Positions 58,764 through 64,000 of a DNA stretch of 64,000 bases are shown one piece after another. This stretch comes from Candidatus Algichlamydia australiensis (lineage in GTDB: Bacteria; Chlamydiota; Chlamydiia; Chlamydiales; JAJFMI01). The DNA lies in contig JAXCHI010000002.1 of the NCBI GenBank assembly GCA_033977065.1, positions 32,001 to 96,000 on the forward strand, in the 5' to 3' direction. The position numbers and the translations under genes are program-made. Position 1 is the stretch's first letter. The number at the start of each line of letters is the position of its first letter. The notes under the pieces were generated by a model, which had not been told where the DNA came from, searched no databases, and worked only from the letters and a program-made list of their open reading frames with translations.

Positions 58764-60766
58764 GCGCCACATTAACCCAACCTACTCTTGATATTGTTGC
58801 TGCTTACCGCCGTTCCCTGCTGTGCCGTCTGGTTGATGATAAAATGTCAAAGATGGTGCGCCAGAATAAGGGTGGAACGTTCCATCTCTGCATCAATGGT
58901 CATGAGTTGATTGGAGTTTTTGGCGGAATGACTCTGGTTCCTGGGAAAGATTGGGGACTGCCTTACTATCGCGATCGCGGCTTTGCTCTCGGACTTGGTG
59001 TTGACACAACAGAGCTCTTTGCCGCTTTTTTGGCGCGCGATGTCAAAAACCACTCTGGTGGCAAACAGATGCCAGAGCACTATTCAGACGTAGATCTGCG
59101 TATTCCCTGCCAGTCAAGTGTGGTTGGCTCACAGTTTTTGCAAGCAACAGGTGTAGCGCTAAGTGCTAAGCTTTCTGGCAAAGATGAGATTGTCTATGTC
59201 TCTGCTGGTGATGGCGCCACTTCTCAGGGTGACTTCCACGAAGCACTCAATTTTGCAGCTCTTCATAAACTTGGTGTGCTTTTTGTTATTCAAGATAATG
59301 ATTGGGCGATCTCGGTTCCTCGCAGTGAACAGATGTGCAATCCCTCCATTGCTGAGCGCGCAAAGAATTACACGGGGCTTGCCACTTTTGAAATTGATGG
59401 TACAGATCCGCAAGAACTTTTAGATGCCTACTCTCAAGCAGCAACAAGAGCACGTGCAGGAGAGGGACCAGCTCTTATTGTAGCAAAAGTGCCGCGCATT
59501 GGTGCGCATAGCATTAGCGACGATCCCAAAAAATACAAATCGATCGAACACGTCGAAGAAGATGAGAAGCGTGATCCACTACCGCGCTTTGAAAAGTGGC
59601 TTATTGAAAATGGTCACTTGACCCAGGAGCAAATTACTGCCCTTCATGCTGAGGTCAAAGAGGAAGTTGAAACCGCTGCCAAAGAAGCGGAAGAGTTTCC
59701 AAAACCTGATAGCGAAAATCACGAAGTCTTTGCTCCACACGGGCTTATTGAGAAGAGAAGCTGCCCCATTTCAAAAACAGATATTGTAATTGTCGATGCG
59801 ATTAACCACGCTCTTCATGAAGAGCTAGAATCAGATAGAAGAGTTGTCGCATTTGGACAAGATGTAGCCCATGGAAAGGGAGGCGTCTTTGGTGTAACGG
59901 CGAAACTAACCGAAACTTTTGGTACTAAACGCTGTTTTAATACACCACTTGCTGAATCCACTATCTCAGGAATCGCCATGGGTCTCTCTATGGCAGGTTA
60001 CCGCCCTGTTGCAGAAATGCAATTTTCTGATTACATGTGGACAGGTATTAACCAAATTTTTAACGAGATCTCCTCTCTCTACTACCGCTCTAACGGACTT
60101 TGGAATTGTCCGCTTGTCATCCGTATGCCGTGTGGCGGTTATATTCAAGGGGGACCTTACCACTCGCAGTCAGTTGAAGCCTTTCTTGCTCACTGCCCAG
60201 GGCTCAAAATTGCGATTCCAAGTAATGCGGCTGATGCGAAACGTTTGATGAAAGCAGCGATCCGCGATCCAAATCCCGTGATCTTCCTTGAGCATAAAGC
60301 TCTCTATCGCCAACGTCTCTATTCAGCAAAGCCAGAACCAGCAAAAGAGGATCTTCTTCCCCTTGGCAAAGCCCACATTGTGCATGAAGGCGAAGATCTA
60401 ACACTCATTACTTACGGCATGCTTGTGCCAATGGCTTTTGAGATCGCTAACCAGCTAGCTAAAGAGGGTATTTCGCTTGAAGTGATTGACCTGCGCACCA
60501 TCGTGCCACTCGATCGCGAAACGATCTTAACCTCGGTTAAGAAAACAGGAAAAGTGCTCATTGCGCATGAAGCTGTCAAACATGGCGGTTTTGGAGCAGA
60601 AATTGCAGCGCAAATCTCTGAAGAGCTCTTTCCTTATCTCGATGCACCCATCAAACGTATTGGCGCACGCAACTGTCCTGTGCCCTACAACAAAGAGATG
60701 GAAGCTTCCGTTCTTCCCCAAAAATCTGATATAGAGAAAGCAGTTAAAGAGTTGGCGAGTTACTAA
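58760..60766 (+). CDS. 2-oxoacid (branched-chain/pyruvate) dehydrogenase E1 alpha-beta fusion
   Basis: GDGATSQGDFHEALN TPP motif, HSISDD, GGVFG.T, NTPLAES, YHSQSVE. Confidence 0.92.
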   Translation: MSATLTQPTLDIVAAYRRSLLCRLVDDKMSKMVRQNKGGTFHLCINGHELIGVFGGMTLVPGKDWGLPYYRDRGFALGLGVDTTELFAAFLARDVKNHSGGKQMPEHYSDVDLRIPCQSSVVGSQFLQATGVALSAKLSGKDEIVYVSAGDGATSQGDFHEALNFAALHKLGVLFVIQDNDWAISVPRSEQMCNPSIAERAKNYTGLATFEIDGTDPQELLDAYSQAATRARAGEGPALIVAKVPRIGAHSISDDPKKYKSIEHVEEDEKRDPLPRFEKWLIENGHLTQEQITALHAEVKEEVETAAKEAEEFPKPDSENHEVFAPHGLIEKRSCPISKTDIVIVDAINHALHEELESDRRVVAFGQDVAHGKGGVFGVTAKLTETFGTKRCFNTPLAESTISGIAMGLSMAGYRPVAEMQFSDYMWTGINQIFNEISSLYYRSNGLWNCPLVIRMPCGGYIQGGPYHSQSVEAFLAHCPGLKIAIPSNAADAKRLMKAAIRDPNPVIFLEHKALYRQRLYSAKPEPAKEDLLPLGKAHIVHEGEDLTLITYGMLVPMAFEIANQLAKEGISLEVIDLRTIVPLDRETILTSVKKTGKVLIAHEAVKHGGFGAEIAAQISEELFPYLDAPIKRIGARNCPVPYNKEMEASVLPQKSDIEKAVKELASY

Positions 60767-60839
60767 AAAAGTATTTATGCAGGCAAGGGGGCACTGCCCC
60801 TCTCTGACCGAGCGAGGCAATGCAAGATATTTCTAACGA

Positions 60840-61328
60840 CTAAAGAACGTCTAAAGCGGTATCGATAACTGATTTTGCTGACTTATACGCATACCAAGTC
60901 AATTTCTTGTATGAGGCTACATCATCTGATTGAACCTCTGCAAACGCTTCATTTATCGCTTCCTTAAACTTGTCTTTGTCATTGATTCTATTTAGTGAAG
61001 TAAAGCAATCCTGAATCTCACTAAAAACTGTCTCTTTTACTTGATCAACTGTTTTCTTAGGAAGCGAGTCATATAAAGAACTAAAAATCTCATTAACACC
61101 TTTTTTAGCAAGAGAGAGAACTTCCGTTCTTTTCTTTGCCTTACGAATCTTTAGGCAATACTTGACCTCTATTGCTTTGTAAGTGGTGTGTTTGTATAAA
61201 ACGTAGGGCTTGTATTGGGCAGGGATTGAAAAAGTAGCCGCATCCAGAGTGTTTGGTGAAGCAATGGACAAAATCGTAAACGCCGAAATTGAAAGTAGAG
61301 CTCTCGCTGTTTTGTTAGCAAACAACAT
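60840..61328 (-). CDS. Secreted hypothetical protein
   Basis: GGAGG RBS, signal-peptide-like N-terminus. Confidence 0.6.
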   Translation of the reverse strand: MLFANKTARALLSISAFTILSIASPNTLDAATFSIPAQYKPYVLYKHTTYKAIEVKYCLKIRKAKKRTEVLSLAKKGVNEIFSSLYDSLPKKTVDQVKETVFSEIQDCFTSLNRINDKDKFKEAINEAFAEVQSDDVASYKKLTWYAYKSAKSVIDTALDVL

Positions 61329-61440
61329 AATTTAACCTCCGTTTTGTTTTTTGTTTTAATTTACGTTTGAAAATGTACCTGAAAGTTTTTAATACGTCAA
61401 ATTTATGAAATAGAAGTCTTTCTCTGTTAATTAGGACATT

Positions 61441-61526
61441 TTGGTGCACGTAACTGTCCTGTGCCCTATACCAAAGAGATGAAAGCTTCTGTTTTTCCCA
61501 AAAAACCTGATATATAGAGCAGGTAA
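61441..61526 (+). repeat. Degenerate duplicate of the 3' end of the E1 gene (60660-60747)
   Basis: ttggYgcacgYaactgtcctgtgccctaYaMcaaagagatgRaagcttcYgtt present at both sites. Confidence 0.85.
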
Positions 61527-61556
61527 GGTACTTGCTTGTTATTAAGGAGATTCTTT

Positions 61557-62456
61557 ATGCTCGCTTTTGCCATGATGCATAAGTATTTAGATCCCAAGAA
61601 CGACATTGCGTTTAAGAAGATCTTTGGTGAAGAAAAGAATAAAGAGATTCCCATCGATTTTTTAAACTCTGCACTCAGCCTTGAAGGGAAGGATCGCATC
61701 ATCGATCTTGAATTTCTAAATCCTGTTCAGCCACCAGAAATCGCAGCAAAGAAAGAGAGCATAGTTGATGTATTGGTTCGTGATGATAATGGCTTTCGCT
61801 ATATTATTGAAATGCAAGTCGCAAAGATTCCCGGCTTTGAAAAGCGAGCGCAGTACTATGCTGCAAAGACGTATTGCACCCACTTCAATTCAGGAGGCGA
61901 ATACAAAGAACTTAAGAAAGTTGTGTTTCTTGCTATCACAGACTATGTGCTTTTTCCTGAAAAAGATGACTACAAGTCGATGCATCTCACAATTGATACA
62001 AAAACAGGAGAAAATGATCTACAAGATTTCTCTTTTACGTTTGTAGAGTTGCCTAAATTTACAAAGAAAGAGCATGAGTTAAAAACCGTTGAAGAGAAGT
62101 GGTACTATTTTTTAAAGACCGCGCCGGAATTTAATGATGTTTCAGAGGTTTTAGTCGCGCATTCAGAAATTGCACAGGCATACAAAATTTTGGATCGCTT
62201 CAACTGGACTGATCAAGAGCTTATGATTTACGACCGCGTCATCATGGCAAATATTGATGCCAAGGCAAAATTACGTGGAGCACGTGAAGAAGGACTAGCA
62301 GAAGGTATAGAAAAAGGCGAAAAGAAAAAAGCAATGGAAATTGCAAAAAGTCTTCTTAAGGAAGGTCTCGCAATTTCTATGGTGATCAAATCTACAGGAT
62401 TGCAAAAGGAAGAAGTAGAAAAATTAGCCTCTGCATTTGCGACGGCGGGCGATTGA
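61557..62456 (+). CDS. Rpn-family recombination-promoting nuclease / PD-(D/E)XK putative transposase
   Basis: LDPKNDIAFKKIFG, VDVLV..D..IIEMQ, FVELPKF, EEGLAEGIEKGEK, IAKSLL. Confidence 0.88.
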   Translation: MLAFAMMHKYLDPKNDIAFKKIFGEEKNKEIPIDFLNSALSLEGKDRIIDLEFLNPVQPPEIAAKKESIVDVLVRDDNGFRYIIEMQVAKIPGFEKRAQYYAAKTYCTHFNSGGEYKELKKVVFLAITDYVLFPEKDDYKSMHLTIDTKTGENDLQDFSFTFVELPKFTKKEHELKTVEEKWYYFLKTAPEFNDVSEVLVAHSEIAQAYKILDRFNWTDQELMIYDRVIMANIDAKAKLRGAREEGLAEGIEKGEKKKAMEIAKSLLKEGLAISMVIKSTGLQKEEVEKLASAFATAGD

Positions 62457-62765
62457 ACGCTTGATCACGCGCGCTCTGCGCTTTTGAACTGTAGGTGCAA
62501 TGGCACCTAAATCGGCAATCTGCAAGATTTTTGTGCGCACAGCTGCAATCCGTTTTTCAAGTGTTGTGGTAGGACGCTCTTTAGCAATAAGCGCATCCAT
62601 ATGATCAAGATGTGAAAGGAGACCCACCTGCATTTTGTGTAGTGCATGATACTCTTCTGTAAACAGAGCATTTCCTTCAATGCTTTTAAGTGCCGCCTCA
62701 TTTTTTGAAATGCGCTCTGCCGTACTCTCTAGGTCTTCGACCATCTCTGCTACAGATGTTAACAT
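62424..62765 (-). CDS. Hypothetical helical protein
   Basis: ATG at 62765, divergent from the MBL gene; coiled-coil-like, basic tail. Confidence 0.5.
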   Translation of the reverse strand: MLTSVAEMVEDLESTAERISKNEAALKSIEGNALFTEEYHALHKMQVGLLSHLDHMDALIAKERPTTTLEKRIAAVRTKILQIADLGAIAPTVQKRRARVIKRSIARRRKCRG

Positions 62766-62835
62766 TTTTACAACTCCACTTGACCCACCTTTTATTGATA
62801 ACACAATAAAAAGGCAACATGATAAAAAGGATGAG

Positions 62836-63594
62836 ATGGCGCGATTTTGTCCACTTGCTTCAGGCTCAAAAGGTAATCTTCTTTTTTTTGAAAGTGATGA
62901 TGCAAAAATATTAATAGACTGTGGTCTGAGCGGGAGGCAAACCGTCAAACTGCTTGCCGAAATTGGTGTCGATTTAAGCGAGATAGATGCGATTCTAATC
63001 ACGCATGAGCATATCGATCATATTCGAGGGATTGAACGCATTTGCAAAGAGTGGAATACTCCTCTTTTTGCCAACTCAGAGACCGCACGCGCGATTTGCT
63101 CAAATCTCTCATTTCGCCCCGCTTTTCAAATTTTTTCAACAGGCGAAACCTTCCACTTTAAAGACCTTGCGATCCACCCCTTTACGATTCATCACGACAC
63201 CTTAGACCCTGTTGCCTTTACAATTCAAATGAGGGATCAGAAAATTGGCATCTGTGCCGATCTTGGCTTTGCCACTACACTTGTTCGCGCGCAATTGCAA
63301 AATTGCAATCTGCTCTATATCGAATCGAATCACGATCCCGACATGGTACACGCCTCGCCACGCCCAATGAACTATAAGCAGCGTGTCTTAGGAAGACAGG
63401 GCCACCTCTCTAATCAGTCCTGCCAAGAGCTTTTAGCAGAAGTGCGTCACCCTAATCTCAAGCGTGTCTATCTCGCGCATCTATCGGAAGAGTGCAATCA
63501 TCCAGAAAAAGCGCTGCAAAGTGCATGCGCATCATACGATGGCGACTTGCTAATCGCCCACCAACGTCAAATCTCTGATCAATACGTTTTTTAG
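62836..63594 (+). CDS. MBL-fold metallo-hydrolase (YycJ/WalJ-like)
   Basis: LASGSKGN, THEHIDH, HD, ESNHD, GHLSN, AHLSEECN. Confidence 0.9.
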   Translation: MARFCPLASGSKGNLLFFESDDAKILIDCGLSGRQTVKLLAEIGVDLSEIDAILITHEHIDHIRGIERICKEWNTPLFANSETARAICSNLSFRPAFQIFSTGETFHFKDLAIHPFTIHHDTLDPVAFTIQMRDQKIGICADLGFATTLVRAQLQNCNLLYIESNHDPDMVHASPRPMNYKQRVLGRQGHLSNQSCQELLAEVRHPNLKRVYLAHLSEECNHPEKALQSACASYDGDLLIAHQRQISDQYVF

Positions 63595-63603
63595 ATTAAA
63601 GTA

Positions 63604-63653
63604 ACTCAAGTTGCTACCCCCTTCCCCCTCTGGAGAGTGCCTTTTCGCGATCT
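63604..63653. repeat. Truncated left arm of the 159-bp foldback element
   Basis: actcaagttgctacc.ccttccccctctggagag...gcgatct matches 25272-25321. Confidence 0.8.
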
Positions 63654-63700
63654 ACTTAAATATTAGGGTGATGAACTTTGTACTCTGTAGCAGAAAATTT

Positions 63701-63865
63701 TAGATAGTGTCGTCAAAAGCATACAACCATCTTATTTTTCATGTTTGGGCTCCATTTTTGTGCTCAAATGAAGCGGAATTTACAAATTCAGCTTCAATTT
63801 CCGCACAAAAATAAGCTGCAAACATGAAAAATAATCTGATTATAGCCTTTTGACGACACTATCTA
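63701..63865. mobile_element. 165-bp foldback MITE-like element, copy 2 (inverted relative to copy 1)
   Basis: Reverse complement of 48961-49125 with paired terminal changes (gtg/cac instead of gcg/cgc). Confidence 0.85.
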
Positions 63866-64000
63866 GTATTATTTTTACATAAAAGCCTCGAGATTAAAGA
63901 AATTGTCTGATTATGCAAGGTTTTCTACAAAACAAAAAAACAGCCGCGCGAGCGACGTGAAAGGAGCCTCTCCTGAAACGAAGTGGAGGGAGGGGAATGA

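Noticed and set aside
62424..63002. Extended 192-aa and 304-aa overlapping ORFs
   Set aside because: Trimmed to ATG 62765 (minus) and ATG 62836 (plus), which gives a non-overlapping divergent pair

Overview
This is a chromosomal window from an environmental (non-Chlamydiaceae) member of the phylum Chlamydiae. The assignment rests on gene orders I recall from C. trachomatis: nqrB/dnaA/CT274/CT273/rsmH-ftsL-ftsI-murE-amiA, gnd-lepA-npt1-CT066-ytgABCD-dxr-rseP, hrcA-grpE-dnaK, zntA-CT728-serS and fused pdhAB. It also carries genes that Chlamydia lacks (mraZ, hpt, a large NAD-GDH, a sulfotransferase). Accessory DNA is interspersed with these blocks: an intact IS256 with an 8-bp target duplication, two AlbA/Schlafen-HATPase-HTH genes each associated with palindromic repeat sets, an MNT-HEPN toxin-antitoxin mini-island bounded by tRNA-Arg(CCT) and a 67-bp copy of it, an Rpn nuclease, and several AT-rich orphan or effector-like genes. 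The most notable observations are: (i) the syntenic ATP/ADP translocase npt1 is broken by a frameshift plus an in-frame TAA; (ii) rsmH is split at a T9 run; (iii) there are at least three families of 100-165 bp foldback intergenic elements, two of them showing compensatory base changes; (iv) operator-like palindrome arrays lie upstream of and inside the AlbA genes. All calls come from visual inspection only, and no database searches were run.
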